A stretch of 64,000 bases of DNA from Candidatus Daviesbacteria bacterium RIFCSPLOWO2_01_FULL_39_23 (GTDB lineage: Bacteria > Patescibacteriota > Microgenomatia > Daviesbacterales > UBA10151): contig MFDN01000014.1 of the NCBI GenBank assembly GCA_001776935.1, forward strand, positions 65,464-129,463, read 5' to 3'. A model generated the notes under the pieces. That model searched no databases, was not told where the DNA came from, and saw only the letters and a program-made list of their open reading frames with translations. Position numbers and translations under genes: made by a program. This document shows positions 18,283 through 27,295 of this stretch, piece after piece; position 1 is the first letter of the stretch; every line of letters begins with the position of its first letter.

Positions 18283-18861
18283 TTATTTCTTTTTTGGAGA
18301 TTTTTTCTTGGGTGTTTTTGCTACTTCCTCTGTAATTTCTGCTTGCTCTTCCTCAGCAGCCTGCATAAAAGAGTTAGGAGTAAGCATTTGTAATATTTTA
18401 TCCAATTTAGTGTTTAGCAATTCAAATTGCGCGTTTTGCTGTGGCTGAGCAGGAGCTTGTTCCCTGTTTCTTTCTCCGTTGCCTTTTTTATCACCAAAAC
18501 AATTACTGCAAAAAATGGGTTTTTCGCCGCTTGGACGAAAAGGCACTTTACAGTCATTTCCGCAATCATCGCAAACCGCATCAAACATTTGACGCTCATC
18601 AGATCTTTGGAACCTTGACTCATCCCTGCCTTCAAATCTTCCCGCACCAGGACCTTTTTTGTTCTCAAAACAATCACTGCAGAAAATAGGTTTGCCGCTT
18701 GTCGGCCGAAAAGGCACTTCGCAGTTTTTATTGCAATTGTCGCAGACAGCCGGATGCATCTGAGCAGGGCTTCGCACATCTCTTCCGTTAAAGCCTCTTC
18801 TTGCAAAACCTCTTCCTCCGCTAGGTCTTGAGCCGCGGTTAAAATTTCCCATAGCAAGCAT
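18283..18861 (-). CDS. Tandem CxxC...CxxC zinc-ribbon protein with RGG-rich N-terminus and Lys-rich tail (putative nucleic-acid binding)
   Basis: Two repeats of C-x2-C-x3-C-x-VPFRP-x3-KPIFC-x2-CF; N-terminal RGFARRGFNGR; C-terminal KTPKKKSPKKK. Confidence 0.55.
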   Translation of the reverse strand: MLAMGNFNRGSRPSGGRGFARRGFNGRDVRSPAQMHPAVCDNCNKNCEVPFRPTSGKPIFCSDCFENKKGPGAGRFEGRDESRFQRSDERQMFDAVCDDCGNDCKVPFRPSGEKPIFCSNCFGDKKGNGERNREQAPAQPQQNAQFELLNTKLDKILQMLTPNSFMQAAEEEQAEITEEVAKTPKKKSPKKK

Positions 18862-18897
18862 TGTATCATTTAATTAGTAAAAATGTATGACTAAAAT

Positions 18898-19755
18898 ATG
18901 GCATGGTATAGTACATCAATATCTAATTTTTTCCGCCTGAAATTTCTGCTTATCTTTTGTATTGCGCTTTTGGGGCTGGGTATTTTCTATTTTGCCAATA
19001 TGCAAAAACAAAAAACCCGGCCTGATTTCGGCCCACCCAAAACTATCAAAGTTCTAGGCAAGGAAAAAGTAAAATATCCTCAGGATTACACAATTGTTAT
19101 GGTTGGTGATTCCATGACAGAAACTTTGGGCAACAGCGATGAACTTAAAAAGTTTTTATCTGATTACTATCCCGGTAAGTCTTTTGAGATTTTAAATTAC
19201 GGATTTGGCGCAACAAATATCCTGTCGGTCATGGACAGAATCACTAAAGATACTGAGCGTGGCCGAAAATTCAGGTCCATTGAAAGCATTGCTTATGAGC
19301 TGATACTGCTTGAATCCTTTGGCGAAAATCCTCTTTCGCAATATCCATTAAATGAAGGACTGCAGCGGCAAACACAAGAGCTGGATAAAATTGTGGGTGT
19401 ACTCAAAGAGACAAATCCCAAAGGGAAAATTGCTTTTGTTGCAAGTATTTCCCCAAACAAGTTAATCTTTGCCCAAAATCAGGTTAATTTATCATCAGAA
19501 AAAAAGGCGCAGTGGGTAGAAGAAAGAATTGCCTACATTAAAAATCATATTCTTTATGCCCAAAGCCATAATATCCCTATTATTAATGTTTTTGAAAAGT
19601 CGCTTTCGGAAAACGGAGACGGAGATCCTGAATATATCAGTACGGATGATTACATTCACCCCTCACCAAAAGGGATTATTTTTATCAGTAAAGAAATAGC
19701 AGACTATATTTACAAAAACAATTTATTGGGAAGCGGTTTATTTAACAGCAATTAA
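18898..19755 (+). CDS. SGNH/GDSL-family hydrolase, membrane-anchored
   Basis: N-terminal TM; block I VMVGDSMTE (GDS), C-terminal DDYIHPSPKG (DxxH). Confidence 0.65.
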   Translation: MAWYSTSISNFFRLKFLLIFCIALLGLGIFYFANMQKQKTRPDFGPPKTIKVLGKEKVKYPQDYTIVMVGDSMTETLGNSDELKKFLSDYYPGKSFEILNYGFGATNILSVMDRITKDTERGRKFRSIESIAYELILLESFGENPLSQYPLNEGLQRQTQELDKIVGVLKETNPKGKIAFVASISPNKLIFAQNQVNLSSEKKAQWVEERIAYIKNHILYAQSHNIPIINVFEKSLSENGDGDPEYISTDDYIHPSPKGIIFISKEIADYIYKNNLLGSGLFNSN

Positions 19756-19868
19756 TTCAACTTCAAAAATTAAAGTAGAACTCGGGGGGATTATGCCAAT
19801 TTGGTTTACTTTATATAATCTTGTATGATAATTTCGTATCCGGAATTTTTGTCTACAACTTAATCAAA

Positions 19869-21284
19869 ATGCCTGAAATTGAAAAATTGAAAATAGTGAT
19901 TGTCATGCCGGCTTATAACGCCGCAAAAACAGTCCGTAATACCTATTTAGAAATCCCTCCTTATTTAAGGGAAAATATCATACTGGTAGATGACGGCAGC
20001 AAAGATAATACAGTGCAGATTGCCAAAGAATTGGGAATAAAAGTTATAGAACATTCTAAGAATGTAGGCTATGGGGGAAACCAGAAAACCTGTTATGCGG
20101 AAGCTCTAAAACTTGATCCTGATATCGTTGTGATGCTTCACCCGGATTACCAATACGATGCTTCGATGATCGAGGATTTAGTTTATCCTATTGCGCGGGG
20201 AAGATATGATTTTATGTTCGGGAGCCGCATTGCCAATAAAAAGGGTGCGCTTGCCGGGGGAATGCCGCCCTTAAAATATTACGTTAACAGATTTGTATGC
20301 CTTATACAAAACATCCTGTTGGGCGTTAACTTCACTGAGCACTTTTCCGGACTCCGTGCTTATTCTAAAAAGCTTCTTCAAACAGTGCCCTGGCAAAATT
20401 TTTCAAACGATTTTGTTTTTGACCAGGAAATGACCATCTCGGCATTGGCACATGGCTTTACTATCAGCGAGGTCGCAATCCCTACCCGCTATCATGAAAA
20501 AGCCTCTTCAATAGGATTCATCCGCGGTACAAAATTTATTCTTGAGGGTTTCTTAGTTATCACAGCTTTATACTTGCATAAATTAAATCTTATACAAGAT
20601 AAAAGATTTGAGCCGGTAAAATCAACTAATATTGGCAAATATTTTATTGCCCTGCCGGTAATTATTTTTATAAATTTATTCCTATACGGTATCTTCCAAA
20701 AAGATCTGTTGTTTGGATTATTTCTCTTTGCTGAAAGTGTTTTAATATACTTTAGTTTTGTAAGCAGAGCTTTTTTTATCAGGCTGTTGGCTTGCATGGT
20801 ATTGGTATTTCTAATCCTGATTTCTTTTTATAAGGATTTTGACCGAACTTTTTTCTATCCGACTCAGCTTGAGATAAGCACTCAGGCTTTCAGGCATGAG
20901 TATTTTGCCCTGGAGTTGGGTAAATTATATAAAAACAGGATTGGTATAACCTATATGCAGTCTGCCTTGCCTCTTGCTTCAAAATTTAACAGGAATATGT
21001 TTTCTCATCTTGCTTTTGATTCTTTATTGAATGCCCAAAGCATCTTATCTTTAATATCAATACCTTTATTCCTGCTGGGTATTTATAAACTTCCGCGGCT
21101 TTTAAGCCGCGGTTTTCTTTATTCTGAGTTTACAATTTTTTATCTTTCTGTTGTTTTTGCTGCAGGGGGATTCTTAACTTTTGAAGGACAATATGGGTTA
21201 TTGTTATATGCGCCCATAGTTAACTTCTTAATTTACCTTGGCCTATTGCAGGCAATTCATAAAATTTTTTATGCTAAAGCTTAA
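19869..21284 (+). CDS. Family-2 glycosyltransferase (polyprenyl-phosphate sugar synthase, ArnC/DPM1-like) with C-terminal TM domain
   Basis: VIVMPAYNAAKT, VDDGSKDNT, DxD-type MLHPDYQYD; ~250 aa catalytic domain then 4-5 TM helices. ATG at 19869. Confidence 0.8.
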   Translation: MPEIEKLKIVIVMPAYNAAKTVRNTYLEIPPYLRENIILVDDGSKDNTVQIAKELGIKVIEHSKNVGYGGNQKTCYAEALKLDPDIVVMLHPDYQYDASMIEDLVYPIARGRYDFMFGSRIANKKGALAGGMPPLKYYVNRFVCLIQNILLGVNFTEHFSGLRAYSKKLLQTVPWQNFSNDFVFDQEMTISALAHGFTISEVAIPTRYHEKASSIGFIRGTKFILEGFLVITALYLHKLNLIQDKRFEPVKSTNIGKYFIALPVIIFINLFLYGIFQKDLLFGLFLFAESVLIYFSFVSRAFFIRLLACMVLVFLILISFYKDFDRTFFYPTQLEISTQAFRHEYFALELGKLYKNRIGITYMQSALPLASKFNRNMFSHLAFDSLLNAQSILSLISIPLFLLGIYKLPRLLSRGFLYSEFTIFYLSVVFAAGGFLTFEGQYGLLLYAPIVNFLIYLGLLQAIHKIFYAKA

Positions 21285-22869
21285 GAAGACAAGCTTGATT
21301 TTAATATTAATTATCTGCTTATCGGTTTTTTTGCGTTTTTACAAATTGAACGAAATACCAACAGGTTTCCATCATGATGAGGTTTCCCAGGCATATAACG
21401 CTTTTGCCCTGGGAACAACAGGACATGACCGCTACAGTCAATCTTTTCCTTTACTTTTCCGAGCCTTTGGGTCATACCAGCCTCCGCTTTATACCTATTT
21501 ATCAATTATCCCAATCAAAATTTTTGGAAACACTATGTTTGCCGCACGGTTTGTATCTGCATTTTTCGGAGTGTTGATTGTGATTTTCACCTATTTAATA
21601 ATTGCTGAACTTGCAAAAGAAAAATTTAAGCATTCTTTTGCACTTCTGGCAGCTTTAATGGTGGGCATTTCTCCATGGGCGATTCATTTTAGCAGACGGA
21701 TTGCTGAGGCTAATTTAGGTCTTGCGCTTTTTGCAGCTGCCTTCTATTTTTTTATTCGTTCATTAAGGTCGCCCCGGATATTCCCTTTGGCTATGCTTTT
21801 AAGCGGCATTTCCACTCATGCATACTATAGCGAAAGAATTATCGCGATTTTTTTTATCCCAATTTATTTATTCATATTCAGACAACACTACTTCAAGCAT
21901 ATAAAATCAGTCATTTTCGGACTCGTTGTATTTGGCCTGACTCAACTTCCCCATCTTTATCTGTTTGCAAACGGGGCTTTTTCCACCAGATTTAATCAGG
22001 TAAGTTATTTAGGAAACATACCAGAAGGCTTTGCAGGGGTTATTTATATTGTGCAGCAATTTTTAAGACATATTTTAATTTATATTTCCCCGCATCATCT
22101 TTTTGCAGATACCGGAAGCAATCTTGCAAATGCTGCCCCTGAGCTGGGTGTATTTTATGGCTGGTTTTTTATACCCTTTGTAATTGGAATCATCGCCTTT
22201 ATCAGGCGGTTTCATATTCCTTTTTTTAAACTTATTCTGCTTGCTCTTCCGGTTTTTTTGATATCTGCAAGCTTAACAGGAGATGAGTTCTATACCCTAA
22301 GGATTTTGGAATATTTGTGGGCTTTAACAATTATCATATCTTTCGGGGCTTTCCTGATATTAGAAAAAATTAATAGTAAGCAGGTCAGGCTCATACTGCC
22401 GGTTATGCTGACCGTTTTTTCCCTTGTTCTTTTCTATCTCTCATACGGAATTCTTTATAAATATGAGGCTGAAGGATATGCAGGGAAAGTATATATTGAG
22501 CTGAAAGATAAACTGGCGCCCTATAGCGGCAAACAGATTATAGTAGATTCATGGAGGGATATTGCCATAGGTCTTAGGATTGCTTATTTTGAAAAATATG
22601 ATGCAAATAAATTATCTGCAATTTTGGGGCCGCAGATCTTTGCTGATTATTATAAAGCGGAAGGGGACATACAGGAAGTTTATAAGGTGAACAATATGGA
22701 ATTCCGGCCCTTTGTATGGAAAGAAGACAGCGGTCTAAAAAATACCATATTAGTCGGCGATAGCCTGGCGATCTCTGAAGATCAAGTCTATTCTAATAAA
22801 TTAACACCGCTATTTGAAATTAAAAATTTAAACGGGAGTACAGCTATAAAAGCTTACACTACTGAATAG
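21271..22869 (+). CDS. ArnT/PMT-family (GT83/GT39-like) membrane glycosyltransferase
   Basis: Multi-TM with first-loop GFHHDEVSQAYNA (DE motif typical of polyprenyl-phosphate-sugar-dependent GT-C enzymes); sits directly downstream of the GT2 synthase. Confidence 0.55.
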   Translation: MLKLKKTSLILILIICLSVFLRFYKLNEIPTGFHHDEVSQAYNAFALGTTGHDRYSQSFPLLFRAFGSYQPPLYTYLSIIPIKIFGNTMFAARFVSAFFGVLIVIFTYLIIAELAKEKFKHSFALLAALMVGISPWAIHFSRRIAEANLGLALFAAAFYFFIRSLRSPRIFPLAMLLSGISTHAYYSERIIAIFFIPIYLFIFRQHYFKHIKSVIFGLVVFGLTQLPHLYLFANGAFSTRFNQVSYLGNIPEGFAGVIYIVQQFLRHILIYISPHHLFADTGSNLANAAPELGVFYGWFFIPFVIGIIAFIRRFHIPFFKLILLALPVFLISASLTGDEFYTLRILEYLWALTIIISFGAFLILEKINSKQVRLILPVMLTVFSLVLFYLSYGILYKYEAEGYAGKVYIELKDKLAPYSGKQIIVDSWRDIAIGLRIAYFEKYDANKLSAILGPQIFADYYKAEGDIQEVYKVNNMEFRPFVWKEDSGLKNTILVGDSLAISEDQVYSNKLTPLFEIKNLNGSTAIKAYTTE

Positions 22870-22890
22870 TTTTTGTTAATCAAGAGCAGA

Positions 22891-22920
22891 AGACGCAAAT
22901 TTAGACGAAGTCGCAAGCTC
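22891..22920. repeat. 30-nt repeat (copy 1 of 2)
   Basis: agacgcaaatttagacgaagtcgcaagctc, identical at 24387-24416; a related gagcgggagacgca stretch is at ~63836. Confidence 0.7.
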
Positions 22921-22929
22921 TGCTTCTTT

Positions 22930-22943
22930 TGAACTAATCCCGC
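22930..22943. repeat. 14-nt copy of the 5' end of tRNA-Gly (possible att remnant)
   Basis: tgaactaatcccgc = reverse complement of GCGGGATTAGTTCA, the first 14 nt of the tRNA at 25642-25713. Confidence 0.6.
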
Positions 22944-23017
22944 TTAACTACTACCCTATTTAACTAGCTGATAGAGCTGTATCAAGCTAAGGAGGTAGTT
23001 AATTGATATAATCTATA

Positions 23018-23542
23018 TTGTTGAAATATTTTATTTTAAAATTATTTGTATTATTTTTTGTATTCCTTTTAGGAAACATTATGATTGGGACTGACTCTGT
23101 ACGAAAGTTTGATTGTGATATGTTCTTTCCTGATCTTGAATATGAAAGATACTGCTTACCACTGAAAAGTTTTGGATTTAATGCTTGGGTAGTATTTTTA
23201 TCCATCCCAGTACTTACTTTTCTATCTGGATTCCTGTATAAAAGTGTAAAAATATTCTTGTTGGTTGATATTATTTGGATATTGCTCACAGAATCTCTGG
23301 TAAGGATATTTGAAATTCCTGCTATCTATAGCAGTCTTGAACATAGCTATCTTGAATATTCAATTTTTGCTGCCCAAGTCCCTGTAGTTATTTATCCAAA
23401 AGGAATTATTATTAGTGATCAAATGAAAGTTCTTGCAATTTTAGTTATCCTAAGTTTAGGGAGTGGTTACTTAGGAAGTTTATTAAAAACAATCATTTCA
23501 AGAATTTTATCTTCAAAATTAGTTCGATTCCATTCTCTATGA
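23018..23542 (+). CDS. Hypothetical membrane protein
   Basis: 174 aa, 4-5 hydrophobic helices, very AT-rich. Confidence 0.4.
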   Translation: MLKYFILKLFVLFFVFLLGNIMIGTDSVRKFDCDMFFPDLEYERYCLPLKSFGFNAWVVFLSIPVLTFLSGFLYKSVKIFLLVDIIWILLTESLVRIFEIPAIYSSLEHSYLEYSIFAAQVPVVIYPKGIIISDQMKVLAILVILSLGSGYLGSLLKTIISRILSSKLVRFHSL

Positions 23543-23704
23543 GGTGTTTAAACCAGGAGATTAGAGGGCTTATAAAAAATCTGCTGACTAGCCCGTTGTA
23601 TCAATATATTCAGGGCTTTTCTGGGGACACTGCCCCGTCTTTCCTACGGCAAGTTTACATGAGTTTATCGAAGTGCTCAAGATTGAAATTAAATTGCTAG
23701 CAAC

Positions 23705-24055
23705 TCAGAAAGAATGGGATTCAGCTATATCTGTTCTAACTATGGTGAGTGACTTTTCTAGAATCTCCCTTTTTTGATTATTGAGCAACTGATTTAGGTA
23801 ATTTACAATATTTTTTGGATTTTGGTCTTTTAATCTAATAACTATGCAAGCTACATGGTATTTAGGAAATTGCGTTAAACCAATAAAATCTTTATCCAGC
23901 GTTAGGACAATCCTTCCTTCTCTCTGAGCTATTTTGATGATTTCAGTATCTTTAGCTAATAAATTAATTTTCTTAAGATCTAAAACATCATGCCCGTTTT
24001 GGACTAAATATAAAACAACTGATTGGGGGATATTAATATCAGCGAGAAATTTCAT
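23705..24055 (-). CDS. DUF5615-type PIN-like putative toxin
   Basis: MKFLADINIP...VLTLDKDF; ~115 aa; overlaps the upstream DUF433 gene by 17 nt (classic DUF433-DUF5615 pairing). Confidence 0.55.
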   Translation of the reverse strand: MKFLADINIPQSVVLYLVQNGHDVLDLKKINLLAKDTEIIKIAQREGRIVLTLDKDFIGLTQFPKYHVACIVIRLKDQNPKNIVNYLNQLLNNQKREILEKSLTIVRTDIAESHSF

Positions 24056-24317
24056 GAGCTACAACTTGAGCTTTATCAAAAATATAGCTCTCTTCTTTAC
24101 CCACCAGCTTAGCTGCATAATTAACTGCTGCTTGGATTTGTTTTTTAGTCAGAAATGGATATTCTTTAAGAATCTCATTTTTTTCCATACCAGAGGAGAT
24201 AAGCTCTAAAATAGTTTCAACAGATATTCTAGTTCCGGCAATAATAGGCTTACCACCAAGTATTTTTGGATCTTGTGTAATAAGGCTTTTCATTAACGAT
24301 ATTATACCATGAATCAC
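24039..24317 (-). CDS. DUF433-domain protein (putative antitoxin partner)
   Basis: GGKPIIAGTRISVETILELISSGMEKNEILKEYPFLTKKQIQAAVNYA matches DUF433 consensus (ggkPvi.gTRi.V..il..l..G.s.eeI...yP.Lt...i.aAl.ya). Confidence 0.65.
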   Translation of the reverse strand: MIHGIISLMKSLITQDPKILGGKPIIAGTRISVETILELISSGMEKNEILKEYPFLTKKQIQAAVNYAAKLVGKEESYIFDKAQVVAHEISR

Positions 24318-24386
24318 CGCTAATCTTTCAAATGAATGAAGCCTGGTATAGCTTGTTTTAACAGCCTAAATTCCTTTCGGAGCGGG

Positions 24387-24416
24387 AGACGCAAATTTAG
24401 ACGAAGTCGCAAGCTC
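24387..24416. repeat. 30-nt repeat (copy 2 of 2)
   Basis: Identical to 22891-22920. Confidence 0.7.
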
Positions 24417-24509
24417 GTGCAGGCTCCTCTGGTATTTTCTCACTTCGTTCGAAAATCGTACAGGGTCGCTAATCGCTCGCCATGTCACGACTCCCTGCCT
24501 ACCCAATCT

Positions 24510-24540
24510 AACAAAAATCGGCCACAGGGACCGATTTTTG
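24510..24540 (-). terminator. Hairpin terminator candidate for the 24663-25532 gene
   Basis: aaaatcgg-ccacaggga-ccgatttt 8-bp stem followed on the minus strand by a U-rich stretch. Confidence 0.4.
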
Positions 24541-24662
24541 TTGTGAGCTGGAGACGGTATTAGAGTTGGACTTCAAAAGTTATTTAACGATACCTCCGAA
24601 GAGGCAAAACTTTTAGCCTATCAGCTAGAAATACTTGGGAACTTGGATAAAAGTTTTTAGAG

Positions 24663-25532
24663 TTATTCAATTACCGGTGTAGCTGGAGTTTGCCCTTGTG
24701 ATTCATTTTGAAATTCTGGTATTGTCCGTAATACTTTTTCAAAACCAAGTAAATCCTTCTTGCCTTCTACTGGAACTTCAGCAAGATACGAATGCCAGTA
24801 AGGTAATAGTTTGTCCATTAATGGAAACAAATTTTTATGTCCAACAAAAGGGGGATAAGTTTCTCCTTCATTGAGCCTGACTCGTAATTCATTGTCTGCA
24901 ATTAACTGTATGAGTGCATGACTCAAGTCTGTATAGTCTAGGTATGAATGGAGAACTTCATGCCACAGATAGACAGTAGCGTAATTATCCCACTCCGGAG
25001 AGTGTCCCCAAGCTATATCATTATTCCCCAGATACTGTCCATTTTTTAAGCTAGGGTGAGTTACCCAGATTGTTACTTGTTTATTCAAATCCACTCCTGC
25101 CATTTCCTGTACTACTTGAGATGTTTGTGGGTAATTTCTTTCCCATTCTGCTTTAAGACTTGCTATATATATTTCCGTTTGCTGCCTGATTTTTCCAAAC
25201 TCACTTCCCTGTTCAATATTTGTCAAAAATCCCGTTACTTCCTCCAATGTTCCTCCAGATGCAGTAAATTGTTTGAGAGATGCTCTCCCAGCGATAAAGT
25301 CATAACATCTTTTTGATAATGCCCGTGCAGAATCTTGAAATACCACAAGATCTTCTCTATGCTCTTGTGAAGAAAATCGATTATCATCCATACATGCGAT
25401 TGTATGTTTGATAAGATGTCTGTTATCAATTCTAAAATCCATCCTCAAACCTTCAGATTCTTTTCGCTCTGTATTGTTAAGTTTCGCTACTGGCGGTTGT
25501 GGAACACCCAATCCCTCTCCTGCTTCTGACAT
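24663..25532 (-). CDS. Hypothetical protein with HExxH motif (possible zincin-like metallopeptidase)
   Basis: 289 aa; LWHEVLHSY contains HEVLH; no other family assignment possible by eye. Confidence 0.4.
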   Translation of the reverse strand: MSEAGEGLGVPQPPVAKLNNTERKESEGLRMDFRIDNRHLIKHTIACMDDNRFSSQEHREDLVVFQDSARALSKRCYDFIAGRASLKQFTASGGTLEEVTGFLTNIEQGSEFGKIRQQTEIYIASLKAEWERNYPQTSQVVQEMAGVDLNKQVTIWVTHPSLKNGQYLGNNDIAWGHSPEWDNYATVYLWHEVLHSYLDYTDLSHALIQLIADNELRVRLNEGETYPPFVGHKNLFPLMDKLLPYWHSYLAEVPVEGKKDLLGFEKVLRTIPEFQNESQGQTPATPVIE

Positions 25533-25641
25533 GTTTTCATATTAATGGAATGGAGCTCTATAAACAAGATTCCTTGCTTTATAGCCAGTCTTTAAACTAA
25601 TTTGATTGTTTAGCTTGTCCTAACAATCTAAATTCCTTATG

Positions 25642-25713
25642 AGCGGGATAGGGGAATTGAACCCCTTACATACTGCTTGGAAAGCAGTCGTTCTACCGGT
25701 GAACTAATCCCGC
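25642..25713 (-). tRNA. tRNA-Gly (anticodon TCC)
   Basis: Minus strand: GCGGGAT-TA-GTTC-ACCGGTA-GAAC-G-ACTGC-TTTCCAA-GCAGT-ATGTA-AGGGG-TTCAATT-CCCCT-ATCCCGC-T; U33, A37, U73 discriminator. Confidence 0.8.
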
Positions 25714-25826
25714 ACGAAATTACATTTTACCCTAAATAATTGATTTATTTCAAGGTAAATTTGCATATTGACAAAAATTAAGAAATATTGTTAAATATTC
25801 TCATAACCTGAAAGGTTAAAACTAAT

Positions 25827-26090
25827 ATGTCTACTATAACTATCTCGCTTCCCAGCCAAATAACCAAAAGAATTGACGATGAGGCAAAAAGACGAGGTTT
25901 TGCTACACGCTCTGAATTTATTAGAAGCTTACTAAGAAGATACCTGACTCAGGATCCGGAATTGGAAACATTTGAAAAAGCTCCTCTTAGTGAAGTAAAA
26001 ATGGAATTGGCAAGAACCGGTAAATATAGTGAAAAATTTATTGAGAGCGTAATTGAAGGATTGGCAAAATCCTCACAATATGAGGGTTAA
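25827..26090 (+). CDS. Ribbon-helix-helix (CopG/ParD-like) antitoxin
   Basis: ITISLPSQITKRIDDEAKRRGFATRSEFIRSLLRRYL RHH signature; overlaps downstream toxin by 11 nt (ATGAGGGTTAA). Confidence 0.6.
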   Translation: MSTITISLPSQITKRIDDEAKRRGFATRSEFIRSLLRRYLTQDPELETFEKAPLSEVKMELARTGKYSEKFIESVIEGLAKSSQYEG

Positions 26091-26328
26091 ACCATTACGT
26101 CAGGATCTCCAAAAATACCTTACTAAACGAAGTCTAATCAGAAAATTCGATAAACAACTCCAACTATTTAAACATAATCCTAAGCATCCTTCCCTGAACA
26201 CAGAAAGGCTGGAACCAAAAAGCCTGAAGATTTACTCCTTTCGGATAGACAGAAAATATCGTGCTGTTTTTATTCTGGTAAGCCCATTTGAAGCAGAGGT
26301 TATCGATATAAACGACCACTATCAATAA
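26080..26328 (+). CDS. RelE/ParE-superfamily toxin
   Basis: 82 aa; KIYSFRIDRKYRAVFILVSPFEAEVIDINDH resembles the RelE/ParE core (yRi...yRiiy.i......i..i.hR). Confidence 0.5.
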   Translation: MRVKPLRQDLQKYLTKRSLIRKFDKQLQLFKHNPKHPSLNTERLEPKSLKIYSFRIDRKYRAVFILVSPFEAEVIDINDHYQ

Positions 26329-26491
26329 ACTTCCGCTCCGCCTTTGGCGCGAGCGGTTTTCTTTAAAAGTTTACAAGAAACTACAGAAAACCTTAGCTCA
26401 TTTATACCCACAATCCCGCGGAAGACTGTAATCACTTAAGCATTCATCCCTCCGTCAATGGCGGAGGGTTTTCTGCTAGTGATTATAAATA

Positions 26492-27250
26492 TTAGCGGAT
26501 TTCGTAGCTTAGGGTAACCGTAACCTTAATTTCAGATGAACCTGGCTGTATAGAAGTATCAGAAACTTTGGCAGCAGATTCTACGGCATTTAACCCTACC
26601 GGCAGAGGTCTGGGACCCCCATTAAAACCTTCTGAATAATTAACCAATCTGCCTAAACTAAATCCGGCAATTTTGGCAGCATTTTCAGCCTTTCTTTTGG
26701 CAGATTCCACTGCCTTTTTTCTTGCTTCATCTTGCACTTTGCTTTTATCATCCACATCAAACCTAATCCCGCCCACCTGGTTAGCCCCGTTTGCAGTTGC
26801 TGCATCAATCACCTCATTTGCAAGGTCAATTTTTCGCACCTTTATAGTCAGATTTGTTGAAGCATTGTAGCCGGTTATCCTTTGTGTGCCGCTTTGAAAA
26901 TCTATATCCGGGTTTATATTATAGTTTGTCGTCTGAATATCTTTACCCTCAATTCCTAATTTCTTTATAGCTTCCGAAACTTTATTTATAGACGTATTCA
27001 ACTGGTCCTGAGCTGCTTTGACAGTTGGCCCTTGGGAGGTAACACCGGCATTAATTATGGCTATATCAGGCTTTACTGTTGCCGTACCTTCACCGGTTAC
27101 ATTAAAAGTCTCGGATTTGGCAGTTATCACACTGTCAACAGAAAAAGGAATAGGGCCTGCTATTTTTGTATAGAGGAACAAAATTGCAAAAAACACCAAA
27201 ATCGGCCCGGCTACTCTAAGTAAATCATTCGCAGCGGGAACCTTATTCAT
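26492..27250 (-). CDS. SIMPL-domain (DUF541) secreted protein
   Basis: N-terminal TM/signal; TATVKPDIAIINAGV...NYNINP...KAENAAKIAGFSLGRLVNYSE pattern typical of SIMPL/26-kDa periplasmic immunogenic protein. Confidence 0.7.
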   Translation of the reverse strand: MNKVPAANDLLRVAGPILVFFAILFLYTKIAGPIPFSVDSVITAKSETFNVTGEGTATVKPDIAIINAGVTSQGPTVKAAQDQLNTSINKVSEAIKKLGIEGKDIQTTNYNINPDIDFQSGTQRITGYNASTNLTIKVRKIDLANEVIDAATANGANQVGGIRFDVDDKSKVQDEARKKAVESAKRKAENAAKIAGFSLGRLVNYSEGFNGGPRPLPVGLNAVESAAKVSDTSIQPGSSEIKVTVTLSYEIR

Positions 27251-27295
27251 ACACCTATTTTACCACCATTCAGCAAGTTATATAATAAGCATGAA

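Larger units (their letters stand above)
22930..25713. mobile_element. Putative degenerate tRNA-Gly-associated genomic islet (no integrase retained)
   Basis: Bounded by the tRNA and a 14-nt copy of its 5' end. Contains a membrane ORF, a DUF433/DUF5615 TA pair, an HExxH protein and a 30-nt repeat; a second TA pair lies just beyond the tRNA. Confidence 0.35.

Noticed and set aside
24336-24563. 75-aa Arg-rich ORF
   Set aside because: Coincides with the 30-nt repeat and the GC-rich hairpin region; composition (RRKFRRSRK) is typical of translated GC-rich repeats.
25642-25713. Initial reading of this tRNA as tRNA-Trp (CCA)
   Set aside because: The only 5-bp anticodon stem (ACTGC/GCAGT) leaves a loop of TTTCCAA, placing TCC at positions 34-36 (Gly). 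Discriminator U73 also fits Gly.
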